From contig JAADHC010000054.1 in the NCBI GenBank assembly GCA_013152085.1, positions 10,756-74,755 on the forward strand: DNA of 64,000 nucleotides. Reading direction: 5' to 3'. Source of the DNA: Chlorobiota bacterium. GTDB taxonomy: Bacteria > Bacteroidota > Bacteroidia > Bacteroidales > VadinHA17. The notes under the pieces were generated by a model. It searched no databases. It saw only the letters and a program-made list of their open reading frames with translations, and was not told the origin of the DNA. Positions 1 to 10,193 of the stretch are shown here, one piece after another (the stretch's first letter is position 1; each line of letters opens with the position of its first letter). The translations under genes and the position numbers were made by a program.

Positions 1-307
1 GTTGGTGGTCAAATACCGGCTTGAAAGTAGTTCCGGCATTGGTGGTTTTCCATAATCCGCCGGAAGCTACACCCACATAAAATTCTTTATGGTTTTTTGG
101 GTTTACCGCAATATCGGCAATTCTGCCGGAAGCTACTCCGGGCCCCAGACTGCGAAAACGAAGACCGCCAACCAGAGAAGCATTAACCTTGAAACCAGGT
201 TCTGCAGGAGTCTTTGGTTTTTTATTTGCGCCGGTTACCGCACCGGTACATGCAATAACCAGGACGGCAAAAGTAATCAATGCGCGAAAAATACTTTTTT
301 GTAACAT
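1..307 (-). CDS. VPS10/BNR-repeat beta-propeller (glycosyl hydrolase-like) secreted protein, 5' part only; runs off the left window edge
   Basis: Not in the ORF track. Manual translation from ATG at 307: MLQKSIFRALITFAVLVIACTG...GLRFRSLGPGVASGRIADIAVNPKNHKEFYVGVASGGLWKTTNAGTTFKPVFDHQ, clearly paralogous to the N-terminus of 440..3724. Confidence 0.9.
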   Translation of the reverse strand, partial: MLQKSIFRALITFAVLVIACTGAVTGANKKPKTPAEPGFKVNASLVGGLRFRSLGPGVASGRIADIAVNPKNHKEFYVGVASGGLWKTTNAGTTFKPVFDHQ

Positions 308-392
308 AATAACGGGGTTTTTGATTGAATTAAAAATGGGTTATAAATGTACAAATAACCTTTACAGAATAAAAGAGGTTGTTTAACAACAT

Positions 393-425
393 AAAAAAAA
401 GCCGGTACATGTGGTACCGGTTTTT
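393..425 (-). terminator. Intrinsic terminator of the 440..3724 gene
   Basis: CCGGTAC-ATGTG-GTACCGG hairpin next to A8 (a U-tract on the minus strand), just after the stop codon. Confidence 0.8.
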
Positions 426-439
426 CCCTTTTTCTGATC

Positions 440-3400
440 TTACTTCCAGACAGGCATACGTCCGGGGGTCCAGGGAGCATTGATTGCCTCCAGTTCTTTC
501 TCGAGCGGGATCAACTCATGTTGCTCGATTTGCCCGATTTTCTCAAGCAGTGGCGGAAATGCTTCCAGGAGAATTTCATAGGTATCCTTTTGCGTTTGGG
601 TAACTTCTGAGGTGGAAGCCCATTGCGTATAGATCAGGTTGTCCAGTCGTCGTGACAGCGGCATTTTTCCCGGTGGCACCTCTTCCCAGCTGGCTTTTGG
701 CCGGTGTCCGTTAAATGTGAACTGAACATTGTCGAGTTCTTCCCTGATCTGCCGGGCTTTTTTTAACATCTCCGGTGTAGCTCCCGGTGTCTGGTCAAGT
801 GTTTGCAGAATGGTTTCTGTACGTTTAATCATTTCACCTGTTTTCTGCATGGCACCTTGCATTTTGCCTGCCAGCAAAGCCACCTTTTTCTGGAAAGTTA
901 CCAGTTCATTGCGGTCTTTGGCCGGAAGCGAAGTGTTATTAAGGACCACAGCCCGGAAAGGAACCGGCGGAACAAGTTCGGTAATGACACCCTTTAACGA
1001 TTTACTCAGGGAGACAAAATAATCTCCCGGCATTACGAGCATTCCGTCCTCCGTTTTGGATAAGGGGTTGTATTTATTCCCGGACAATCTCACAGGAAAA
1101 GGAGAGGGATAACGCAGGTTCCAGGTAATACGATGTATTCCCCTGCTGCCGGATGTGTTTATTTTCCTGATAACATTATCCTGACTGTCATAAATCGTGA
1201 AGATCAGGTGTGGTTTTTCTTCCTTGTTTTCCTGTCGCACATCATCCCAGGAAAGGACTTTAATCTTTTCACCTTTTTCAAATTCTTTCTTCTCCAGTTC
1301 ATGCCTTTTCTCTTTATCTGTTTTCAGGTTTTCTTTAAGATAATAAGTGAAAGTGGCACCGAAAGGCGGATTTTTTGCCACGAAATAGTCAGAACCCTGA
1401 GCATTTTTAATATCTGTCTGAATATACATTAGCGCATCTTTGACAGGGAATATAAAGGCATTCTTTTCAAACGTCTCTTTTTTAGCATTCCGCAGCGGGG
1501 AATAATCATCCAGGATATAAAACCCACGGCCGAAAGTTGCAATAACCAGGTCGTTTTCACGTGGCTGGATAGCAATATCCCTGATAGCAATTACAGGAAG
1601 TCCGGCTTTAAGAGGCACCCATTCTTTTCCGCCATCCGGAGAAAAATAGAATCCGAATTCCGTTCCGGCAAAGAGAATGCCGGGATTTTTAAAATCCTGT
1701 TCGATAGTGTGTACCGTCCCGTTTTCAGGAAGATTGGCAGTGATGGATGTCCAGGTTTTTCCTTTATCTGTACTTTTCAACAGATAAGGTTTGAAATCAT
1801 CCCTTTTCCGGTTGTCAAAAGATACAAAAACAACGTCCTCATCAAATTTTGAGGGACAAATATCACTAACATAAGTATATTCGGGAACACCGGGAAAGTT
1901 GTCAGTTTTTGTCCAGTTTTTCCCTCCGTCCGATGTAACCTGAATAAGTCCATCGTCCGTACCGGCATATAAAAGGTTTTCATTTACTTCGGATTCGGCC
2001 AGAGACACGATCGTTCCCCACTGTGATGTGGATACATCTTTTGCCACAGCATCCACGCTCCAGTATTTCCCCATTACCTTAAAGGTATTCCGGTCCATAT
2101 TTCGGGTCAGGTCATCGGAAATTTCTTTCCAGCTGTTGCCCCGGTCATCACTTCGGAAAACCTTATTGGCAGCAACATAGATCCGGGTATGCATGTGATG
2201 GGATACCAGAATCGGAGCACTCCAGTTCCAGCGAAATGTCAGTTCGTCTTTGGCAGGCTGTGGTTTAATATCGATAGACTCCCCGCTTTTACGGTCGTAA
2301 CGGATTGAATTTCCATATTGCCATTCCGAATAAACTATATTGGGGTCTTCGGGGTCAACGGCACACCAGAACCCGTCGCCACCGACGGTAATAAACCAAT
2401 CATCGCTAATCACACCTCCTGAGGATGTATTGCGGGAAGGGCCTCCAAAAGAGTTGTTATCCTGTGTCCCGCCGTAGATATAATAGAAGGGTTTTGAGTT
2501 GTCAACAGCGACACGGTAAAACTGGGTTACGGGCAGGTTGGATTTAAAAAGATAATTTTTCCCGCCATCCCATGATTCATAAACACCACCGTCACCTCCG
2601 ATGAGAAAATGCCGGGTATCCCGGGGATCAATCCACATGGCATGATCATCTACATGTCTGTGATTATTGCCCACTGAGCGCCATGTTTTTCCTCCATTTG
2701 TAGTAACTTTTGTAACTGTTTCCAGGCTGTACACTTTGTCCGGATCCACCGGATCACAAACAATTTCATTAAAGTACTGGCCACTGGATGTATAATCATT
2801 CATTTTAGTCCATGATTCACCCTGGTCGACTGAACGAAAAAACCCTCCGTTATCTTCGGCAGCTTCAATAATGGCATATAAAATATCCGGGTTTACCGGA
2901 GAAATGGCCAGACCGATACCTCCCATGTCTGCCGAAGGCAAACCGCTGGTCAGTTTACGCCATGTTTCACCGCCATCGGTAGATTTGTAGAATGCGGTTT
3001 CGGGACCACCACCGATTTTTGTAAATACATGCCTGCGCCGCTGTTCACTGGTAGCAAACATAATATCAGGATTTTTAGGATGGATAATAACGTTGTTGAC
3101 ACCGGTATTCTCACTGATTTCGAGAACTTTTTTCCATGTTTTCCCACCATTTGTTGTTTTGTAAAGACCGCGGTCGCCACCGGGTCCCCATGCTGATCCT
3201 TCTGCGGCTACAAAGACCACATCGGTATTACGTGGATCGATGGCGATCATCCCGATTTGCCGCGATTCCTTCAGTCCCATATTTTTCCAGCTTTTCCCAC
3301 CGTCCAAGGTTTTATAAACACCATCGCCATAACCCAGTGCGCGCTGGTGGTTGTTTTCGCCTGTGCCTGCCCATACTACATTTGGATTATGGGGATCCAT

Positions 3401-3724
3401 AGCCAGACAACCGATGGAATAGGCACCGTAATGATCGAAAACGGGTTGAAAAGTGACTCCGTTGTTTACCGTTTTCCAGATATGTCCGGAAGCTGTGGCA
3501 ACATAATATTCTGCCGGATTGCCGGGATTTACGGAAAAGTCGGCTATACGTCCCGAAGCAAAAGCGGGACCGATACTACGCCATTTCAATCCTGAAAAAT
3601 CTGACGACTTATAGGTTGAGGCGGGAGTACTTTTCTCTTTATCTTTTTTTGCACCTGAAGCCATGGCCGCCAGTCCGAAAAAGACAAAAAAAGTAATCAG
3701 GTAAATAGATTTTTGAGCTCTCAT
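440..3724 (-). CDS. VPS10/sortilin-like BNR (Asp-box) repeat secreted protein, glycosyl hydrolase-like
   Basis: 1094 aa, signal peptide, many SxDxGxTW Asp-boxes, WRSIGP..SGRIAD start, VDDHAMWIDP, GGTQDN, ATFGRGFYILDD, C-terminal helical region. Confidence 0.85.
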   Translation of the reverse strand: MRAQKSIYLITFFVFFGLAAMASGAKKDKEKSTPASTYKSSDFSGLKWRSIGPAFASGRIADFSVNPGNPAEYYVATASGHIWKTVNNGVTFQPVFDHYGAYSIGCLAMDPHNPNVVWAGTGENNHQRALGYGDGVYKTLDGGKSWKNMGLKESRQIGMIAIDPRNTDVVFVAAEGSAWGPGGDRGLYKTTNGGKTWKKVLEISENTGVNNVIIHPKNPDIMFATSEQRRRHVFTKIGGGPETAFYKSTDGGETWRKLTSGLPSADMGGIGLAISPVNPDILYAIIEAAEDNGGFFRSVDQGESWTKMNDYTSSGQYFNEIVCDPVDPDKVYSLETVTKVTTNGGKTWRSVGNNHRHVDDHAMWIDPRDTRHFLIGGDGGVYESWDGGKNYLFKSNLPVTQFYRVAVDNSKPFYYIYGGTQDNNSFGGPSRNTSSGGVISDDWFITVGGDGFWCAVDPEDPNIVYSEWQYGNSIRYDRKSGESIDIKPQPAKDELTFRWNWSAPILVSHHMHTRIYVAANKVFRSDDRGNSWKEISDDLTRNMDRNTFKVMGKYWSVDAVAKDVSTSQWGTIVSLAESEVNENLLYAGTDDGLIQVTSDGGKNWTKTDNFPGVPEYTYVSDICPSKFDEDVVFVSFDNRKRDDFKPYLLKSTDKGKTWTSITANLPENGTVHTIEQDFKNPGILFAGTEFGFYFSPDGGKEWVPLKAGLPVIAIRDIAIQPRENDLVIATFGRGFYILDDYSPLRNAKKETFEKNAFIFPVKDALMYIQTDIKNAQGSDYFVAKNPPFGATFTYYLKENLKTDKEKRHELEKKEFEKGEKIKVLSWDDVRQENKEEKPHLIFTIYDSQDNVIRKINTSGSRGIHRITWNLRYPSPFPVRLSGNKYNPLSKTEDGMLVMPGDYFVSLSKSLKGVITELVPPVPFRAVVLNNTSLPAKDRNELVTFQKKVALLAGKMQGAMQKTGEMIKRTETILQTLDQTPGATPEMLKKARQIREELDNVQFTFNGHRPKASWEEVPPGKMPLSRRLDNLIYTQWASTSEVTQTQKDTYEILLEAFPPLLEKIGQIEQHELIPLEKELEAINAPWTPGRMPVWK

Positions 3725-3801
3725 TGAAAGGAAATTTTAATGAATATTTATGCCTTTGTAGAAACGAAAATACAAAATCAAAAGGAATCAGCATATGACA
3801 A

Positions 3802-3835
3802 AAGAGAAAAGGTGCCGTACGACACCTTTTCTCTT
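3802..3835 (-). terminator. Intrinsic terminator hairpin downstream of 3853..7704
   Basis: AAGAGAAAAGGTG-N8-CACCTTTTCTCTT inverted repeat. Confidence 0.7.
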
Positions 3836-3852
3836 CATGTAGCAAAGACTAT

Positions 3853-6800
3853 TTAACGGATAACAATACGGCGAACTGTCGTGTTGTTTCCGTTACGGAC
3901 ACGGATAAAGTATAAACCGTCAGGTTGATTTGTCATGTCGATATCTTCCCGGATCTCACCTGAAACAGAGAACTCACGGTTAAGCATCACTTTACCAAGA
4001 GTGTTTATAACCGTAACCTGAATATTTCCCTGCATCCCTTTAACGGTAAGTGTAAATCTGCCGTTATTCGGATTCGGATAAATGAGGACCTGGTCTGTCA
4101 GAACCGAGGTGTTGATCCCGGTGACGTCTGAAATGTCATCCGCACTTCTCGGGTTAAGTTTGTAATCACCGTACGAATAGTTCATCACACCGGTAAGGTC
4201 ATAGATGTTGTTGACGGCGAAATCGGCTGTAGCATCGTAGTCGTACAGGAAGTCATCCACGATGAGTGCGCCCGATCCGTCATCAACCGAAACCTCATCA
4301 TAACCGAGATCATTGGCGGTACATGTTGCGTCGTTGAAAGTTACAAAAACACTTTCCCATTGTTCCGTACTGGCTTCGCCTGTTGTCAGGGAAACGGGGC
4401 CGGGAAGTGTATTTCCTGTGCTGACGGTAGTATAACCAGCAACACTTTTCAGCTCTGTAAGGTTATAATACTCATCTACCGTTGCAACAATCGTTACACT
4501 GTCACCGATTTGTGTCGTGTCATGGTCGGGATCATATACATAGATTCCGTTCCATGCCGCAGCGGCATCCTGCAGGAAATATCCTTTAAAGGCACTCTGG
4601 TAGATATTTATTGCAGTTACAATCCCTGATGTTCTTACCATCTGGCCTTTATAGGGAGAGTCTCCGGAAGGATCCGTTGTGTACTGGATGTCATGGATGG
4701 TAACGGTTGGAGGCTCAAAAGCTGTAACCGTGACTGTCCAGTCCTGGGTAGTGGTTCCATCCTGCGCCGTAACGGTGTATGTTACCGGATTGGTAAAATC
4801 CGTTACAGCACCCGAAGCCGGATTGACGGTAGCGCCGGCAGAAATTTCAATCGTAGGAACCAGTACTGTCAGATCCGTACCAAAGGCAACTTCTGCCGTA
4901 ACCGTATGGGCCGTTGTATCAATAACCGCCGGACCGGTGGCCTCGGCAAGGACAAACGATGTAATATCTGTTTCGGTACTTGCCGATGCAGCTTCGGTCA
5001 CCGTGACGGTCCAGTCACGAGTGGTAATCTGATCTTCGGCAGTAACGGTGAAAACGACCGGATTGGTAAAGTCAACCGTATCCCCTGAAACCGGAACGCT
5101 GGTAGCTCCGGGAGCAAGGGTGAGGGCAGGTACCAAGGAATCCATCACAGTTCCGTAACCAAAGAGAATTTCCACATCAATCGTTGCGGCAGCAGAATCT
5201 ATCGTAACAGTTTTGCTAACCAGAACACCTGTAGTATCGTACAATTTAAATCCGGAGATATCGGTTCTGTCACTGGCAGTGGGTGTAGGAAGCCCCAGAT
5301 TTGCCACAAAGTTCTGGTCAAACACTTTCCATTCAGAGGATGCCGGATCAGTGCCTGCGGAAACGGACCATCCTTCTGCGAGATTGCCCATTTTAACGGT
5401 AGGCTTACGTAACAATGTATGATTGGCAGTAGCAGCAGAAACACCGGCTACATCCCATCCGCTGCCCGGATCTTCGGTATCGATTCCTATCACATCGATG
5501 ATAGAATAATCTGTCATATCATCCCATGTACCTCCTACAAGTTGTGCCAGGCCCCGTGCATCATCGCCGTTGAACCAGGTAGCCGGGTTCCCCCAGATAG
5601 TGTCAACAACGGCAGCCGAATCGGCAAGCAGGCTGAAATCGAAATCCGGATTGATAATTACGTATACATCACCCGGGTCAAGCAGACCGGAAAGCGGATA
5701 AGGTGTCCAGTCAAAACCACCTCCGTTGAAGGTGGAAACAAGAGCATATCCCGACAGGTCAATAACGTGATCTGTAGGATTATAGATTTCCAGAGCCTTG
5801 TTGTTGGACGACCCTTCAACATATTCGGAAAAATAGGGCTGGGCGGATGCCGTAGTAAACTGCCATGTCGTAGAATCGTTAAGGCCATTAAAGATATTCC
5901 CCTGCATGTCGGCAATAACACCCTGATCCAACTTGAAATAATAATGTGTAGCTGGCTCAAGAACAGAACTCATTTGGAACATAAAAACACCCCAGTCATG
6001 CTCTGCCGCAGTAAGATCAAACGTTTCTATGAGCGTTCCGTCGTCTTTATACAGGTATAAATTACCGGAAGTGGCATTAACTTTTTCATTAAAGAAAAGT
6101 AAGGGTGAAAAAGTAAGCGGAACATCATCTTTACCATTTTCCGGTACGAGCATATAAATCTCAGGTTTGATCGTGTCAATAAGGTAAACCGGATCAGCCA
6201 CGTTGTAAAATGAAGTATCCTCCGCATCATAAATAATAAGGCGGACAGAATCCGTAGAGGCATTCAAAGGAATAGGGAAAACGAGGCTATCCGGGGTGGC
6301 CGGTACCGCTAATAAGTTGCCTGCCTCATCCACTGTAAGCCAGAAAATGGAAGTGTCCTGGTAATCAACTCCACCGATCAGGATACTATCAATTCCTGAT
6401 GTATTCCATTTGAATACAACTGTGTCACCTACGTAAAAGGTTGAATTATTTACCGGGGCAATCCAGGTTAATACCCGGTTATCCTGGACGGTTATCGGAC
6501 CCACTTTTGTCTGGAATGTAGTGTCGGCAGCATCCATCAGGATAAGGTCATAATCGCCTGCGCCGGCATCGTGAGGAATCCGCAGCTCAAATGAATCGGG
6601 TGAAACAGGGATAGCCTGAGGTATATCGTTGTCCTCAAGAATATAACTGGTAGAATCTTCCGTATAATCATAAGAAGCCAGGTAGAGACTGTCAATATTG
6701 GCTGCCGCCCAGCGGATCACAATGGTATCCCCCAGATTGAACACATCACTGGCTGCCGGGTTGGTGATGGAAAGATTACGCAGTGCCGTAGTGGTTATAT

Positions 6801-7704
6801 CCAGTTTTACCGGATCGGTTTGCACATTGGGGACTGTTGCATCGTCCTGTGCTACTACCCAGATATCATAAGCCGTTGCGGGGTTGGCACAGGTGACAAC
6901 TACCGAAAAATCCATGTTGGCATTAGTAACTTCGACCGAATCATAGTCAAGAACCGTGACAGCGCCATAATCCTGCCCTGCTTTTACCTCAGAAGATGTC
7001 GGATTTGCAGAACCATCCAAAACTACAATTACATAAGCTTTCCCGGCGCGATCCATATTTACAACCACCGTTGCTTTGTCATCCCTGACAAATGTTGCCA
7101 AAGGATATCCCGAGTTCCAGACCGGCGGACCGGAGACGATATAGGTATGTGATCCCGGAGTCATATCCGCAACATTTGCAGGTTGCGTTATAGTCCATTC
7201 AGAAGCCGTCCAGGTTGTATTGGGCAAACCAATATCACTGTTTCTGACAGCTTTTCCGTCAAGATATTCCCAAGCCGTACCCGTACCATCAATATCAGGT
7301 TCTCCGTAAGCATCAAGCAAAGTTCCGGTAGTATGATCTCCACCCATATACAGATAATATCCATCGTCTCCGTTTCCACTTACCGAAGTGTTCGACATAT
7401 CCGGAGCGAAACCATAATACGTTTGAAAATCTGTGTTATTGTTTGCAATAACAAAAGTGCTTCCGGGGTTAATCGTGCCTGTAAGCTGGATATCATAATA
7501 TGTACCTCCGTTTACCTGTTTCACCAGGTAGAAATTTCCGGCACCAAGATCGATAGGGGTTGCACCGGAATTATACAATTCAACAAATCTCCCCTGATAA
7601 TGATCTGCAGGATCTGCAACCTCAGATATAAACAGGGATGTCTGTGCAAGAAGGGCTGTACTGATAAAGCCCGATAAGAAAAAAACCAGTAAATTTCTCT
7701 TCAT
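3853..7704 (-). CDS. T9SS-secreted multidomain surface protein: two lamin-tail domains, Ig-like/DUF5018-like repeats, OB-fold region, type A CTD
   Basis: 1283 aa, signal peptide; LTD motifs LFISEVAD..RFVELYN and YFSEYVEGSSNNKALEIYN..FNGDD; two DITSF..DFTNPVTYTVTAxD repeats; TIHDIQ..SPYKGQ.V...GIVTA..GYFLQD OB-fold; IYPNPNNG..GLYFIRV CTD. Confidence 0.8.
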   Translation of the reverse strand: MKRNLLVFFLSGFISTALLAQTSLFISEVADPADHYQGRFVELYNSGATPIDLGAGNFYLVKQVNGGTYYDIQLTGTINPGSTFVIANNNTDFQTYYGFAPDMSNTSVSGNGDDGYYLYMGGDHTTGTLLDAYGEPDIDGTGTAWEYLDGKAVRNSDIGLPNTTWTASEWTITQPANVADMTPGSHTYIVSGPPVWNSGYPLATFVRDDKATVVVNMDRAGKAYVIVVLDGSANPTSSEVKAGQDYGAVTVLDYDSVEVTNANMDFSVVVTCANPATAYDIWVVAQDDATVPNVQTDPVKLDITTTALRNLSITNPAASDVFNLGDTIVIRWAAANIDSLYLASYDYTEDSTSYILEDNDIPQAIPVSPDSFELRIPHDAGAGDYDLILMDAADTTFQTKVGPITVQDNRVLTWIAPVNNSTFYVGDTVVFKWNTSGIDSILIGGVDYQDTSIFWLTVDEAGNLLAVPATPDSLVFPIPLNASTDSVRLIIYDAEDTSFYNVADPVYLIDTIKPEIYMLVPENGKDDVPLTFSPLLFFNEKVNATSGNLYLYKDDGTLIETFDLTAAEHDWGVFMFQMSSVLEPATHYYFKLDQGVIADMQGNIFNGLNDSTTWQFTTASAQPYFSEYVEGSSNNKALEIYNPTDHVIDLSGYALVSTFNGGGFDWTPYPLSGLLDPGDVYVIINPDFDFSLLADSAAVVDTIWGNPATWFNGDDARGLAQLVGGTWDDMTDYSIIDVIGIDTEDPGSGWDVAGVSAATANHTLLRKPTVKMGNLAEGWSVSAGTDPASSEWKVFDQNFVANLGLPTPTASDRTDISGFKLYDTTGVLVSKTVTIDSAAATIDVEILFGYGTVMDSLVPALTLAPGATSVPVSGDTVDFTNPVVFTVTAEDQITTRDWTVTVTEAASASTETDITSFVLAEATGPAVIDTTAHTVTAEVAFGTDLTVLVPTIEISAGATVNPASGAVTDFTNPVTYTVTAQDGTTTQDWTVTVTAFEPPTVTIHDIQYTTDPSGDSPYKGQMVRTSGIVTAINIYQSAFKGYFLQDAAAAWNGIYVYDPDHDTTQIGDSVTIVATVDEYYNLTELKSVAGYTTVSTGNTLPGPVSLTTGEASTEQWESVFVTFNDATCTANDLGYDEVSVDDGSGALIVDDFLYDYDATADFAVNNIYDLTGVMNYSYGDYKLNPRSADDISDVTGINTSVLTDQVLIYPNPNNGRFTLTVKGMQGNIQVTVINTLGKVMLNREFSVSGEIREDIDMTNQPDGLYFIRVRNGNNTTVRRIVIR

Positions 7705-7975
7705 AGTTTTTGATTTAATAGGTTAAATTTTTTTTTTGAAATTAACATTACATCAAAAATGTAAAAAAGGGTATTAAAGTTAGATTTTTTTAGATGAATT
7801 GCATTAATCTTTGATTATTTTTTATTAACAGTCGGTTAATATTTTGGTGAAAGGTTCGGTTTTAGTGACGAATTCGCATACTGTTTTTCTTAACGGATAT
7901 ATGACCCCGGTCAGTAGAACCTTGTCTCCTTTTTTATATACTTGCAGCGTTGAACAATTAAAATTATAAAAAAAA

Positions 7976-8734
7976 ATGATTAAAACGATTTTTAATCACC
8001 GTTCGATACGGAAATACCGTTCCGAACCCATCCCTGACCGGATACTGAATGAAATTCTTTCAGCCGGAACACGTGCTTCCACTACCGGAAACATGCAAGT
8101 GTACAGTATCGTGGTTACCATGGATGAAACGTTAAGAAAAAGACTGTGGGAAGTTCATTTTAAGCAGGATATGGTATTACAGGCTCCGGTGGTGATGACT
8201 TTCTGTGCAGATTTTAACCGTTTTTCGAAATGGTGCCGGCAACGGGAAGCGAATCCCGGTTATAACAACTTCCTGTCATTTTTTACAGCGTCCATTGATG
8301 CACTGCTTGCGGCTCAAAATGTAGCTCTTGCCGCTGAGGAACACGGGCTTGGAATTTGCTATCTCGGGACAACGACCTATATGGCAGAAAAGATCATTGA
8401 AATTCTTCATCTGCCTGAGCTGGTTGTTCCGGTGACCACCCTTGTAATCGGGTATCCGGATGAAACCCCTGACCTGACCGACCGTCTGCCGCTTGAAGGT
8501 GTGGTTCATGATGAAGTTTATAAAGATTACAAACCGGAAGATATCGACAGGATCTATCAGGAAAAAGAAGCTTTACCGCTTACAAAAGAACTATTGAAGG
8601 AAAATAAAAAGGAAACCCTGGCACAGGTTTTTACCGATAATCGTTATACCAAAAAGGACAATACCTGCTTTTCGAAAGCGTTTCTTAAAACGATAGAACA
8701 ACAGGGATTCCGGATGGAGGATGAAGAGGGATAA
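7976..8734 (+). CDS. Nitroreductase family (NfsA/Frp-like NADPH-dependent flavin oxidoreductase)
   Basis: HRSIRKY, AAQNVALAAEEHGLGICYLG, RLPLE motifs. Confidence 0.88.
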   Translation: MIKTIFNHRSIRKYRSEPIPDRILNEILSAGTRASTTGNMQVYSIVVTMDETLRKRLWEVHFKQDMVLQAPVVMTFCADFNRFSKWCRQREANPGYNNFLSFFTASIDALLAAQNVALAAEEHGLGICYLGTTTYMAEKIIEILHLPELVVPVTTLVIGYPDETPDLTDRLPLEGVVHDEVYKDYKPEDIDRIYQEKEALPLTKELLKENKKETLAQVFTDNRYTKKDNTCFSKAFLKTIEQQGFRMEDEEG

Positions 8735-8757
8735 TTGTGAATTGCCTTTGCAGTCAC

Positions 8758-8931
8758 TTATTTTTCACTTTCCAGGAGCATCACCAGCCTGAGCAGCAAA
8801 AGACCCGGTATGAGTGTACCCAGGTGAAACCACAAGCCATGCCATGCCTGAGGAAACCATCGTAGATCAAGCCAGATACCCAGGGCGATACCTCCGGAAA
8901 GAAAAATAACCCATATCAAAAACCGGAACAT
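8758..8931 (-). CDS. Small hydrophobic ORF (57 aa, two predicted TM segments); possibly a truncated remnant of a membrane methyltransferase (ICMT/PEMT-like) gene
   Basis: Manual translation MFRFLIWVIFLSGGIALGIWLDLRWFPQAWHGLWFHLGTLIPGLLLLRLVMLLESEK*, preceded by GGTGAGG. The family resemblance is from recall only. Confidence 0.5.
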   Translation of the reverse strand: MFRFLIWVIFLSGGIALGIWLDLRWFPQAWHGLWFHLGTLIPGLLLLRLVMLLESEK

Positions 8932-9093
8932 AACCTCACCTTAATATTTTTACAATATTCCCCGGAATTGTCAAAATCTTTGATTTTGTCCATTTCGAGG
9001 AGACTTGAAAAACCCAGCAAATCATTCTTTTCTCAAAGAGATGCCTAAAGCAGACTTAGCTCAGGGAGCAGAGATTTGCGATTCTTACCGGAA

Positions 9094-10191
9094 CTAAGAA
9101 TCCAGAACCCTGAACTCTATTCCAAGCTTATCCGCCACTTCCTTGACATCTTTTTGTATTGCCGGCAGAACGGAAATACCTTCTTTTGCCAGTCTTATTT
9201 CCGCTTCCCGTTCGATATCACCGGGGATTAAGACTTTCTTTCCGGGGGCTGGCCGGGATTTACGGAAAACATTAATCCACCGATCCATCCGTGATTTGAA
9301 TTCCCCGGCTTCCATAAAAGCATCAATACGCCATGCGCCGAAGAAATGTCCCATTCCTTTTCCGACCTGAACTTCCGGTATGGGCAGGTAAGCCAGGTTT
9401 GGTGGAACAAAGGGGCCGAAATTCGCGCCGGAGAGAACACCCGTAAGAATATCCACGATACTTCCCAGGGCATAACCTTTATGGCTTCCATGCGGGATAT
9501 CGCCACCCAGCGGCACCATGGCGCCACCTTCTTTCAGGATATCCGGGTCATCCGAAGGATTTCCGTTTTTATCAATAACATAGCCGAAGGGTATTTTTTT
9601 CCCTTTTTTTGCGGCTACGCCCAGTTTCCCCCGGGCAATGGGGGTGGTGCTGAAATCACCGACGAAAGGAGGCTGTTTCCCGGCAGGTACAGCCACGGCG
9701 ATAGGGTTGGTTCCCAGCATTCGTTCGGTACTGTTTACCGGTGCAACCAACGGGTTTCCATTGGTCATGGCCAGCCCGATCATGTCGTGCTCGAGGGCCA
9801 TCATTGCGTAGTAACTGCCGATACTGAAATGGTTTGAATTCCGGGTAGCTACCCATCCGCTGCCGGCCTTTTCGGATTTTTCAATGGCTATTTCCATCGA
9901 CCGGTATGCAGCCAGCATACCAACGGCATTGTCTCCGTCAACTACTGCAGTGCCGGGAGATTCATGTACAATGCGGATATCCGGTTTTATATTCAGGCGT
10001 CCTGCTTCCCATAGCTGGAAGTGATCCTTGATGCGGATCATCCCGTGCGAAGGCAGGTTACGCAGTTCGGCGCGGATAAAAACATCAGCGATGGCTTCTG
10101 CATCGTGACGGGGGCAACCCAGCCTTTCAAAAAAACGGGTCACGAAATCCCGCAAATAAGCGGGATCATACTTTGTCGATGGATTCATCAT
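9094..10191 (-). CDS. Ldh_2 family (type 2 malate/L-lactate/L-sulfolactate dehydrogenase) oxidoreductase
   Basis: SHGMIRI, RNSNHF, LGTNPIAVAVP, HKGYAL, LIPGD motifs. Confidence 0.9.
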   Translation of the reverse strand: MMNPSTKYDPAYLRDFVTRFFERLGCPRHDAEAIADVFIRAELRNLPSHGMIRIKDHFQLWEAGRLNIKPDIRIVHESPGTAVVDGDNAVGMLAAYRSMEIAIEKSEKAGSGWVATRNSNHFSIGSYYAMMALEHDMIGLAMTNGNPLVAPVNSTERMLGTNPIAVAVPAGKQPPFVGDFSTTPIARGKLGVAAKKGKKIPFGYVIDKNGNPSDDPDILKEGGAMVPLGGDIPHGSHKGYALGSIVDILTGVLSGANFGPFVPPNLAYLPIPEVQVGKGMGHFFGAWRIDAFMEAGEFKSRMDRWINVFRKSRPAPGKKVLIPGDIEREAEIRLAKEGISVLPAIQKDVKEVADKLGIEFRVLDS

Positions 10192-10193
10192 TT

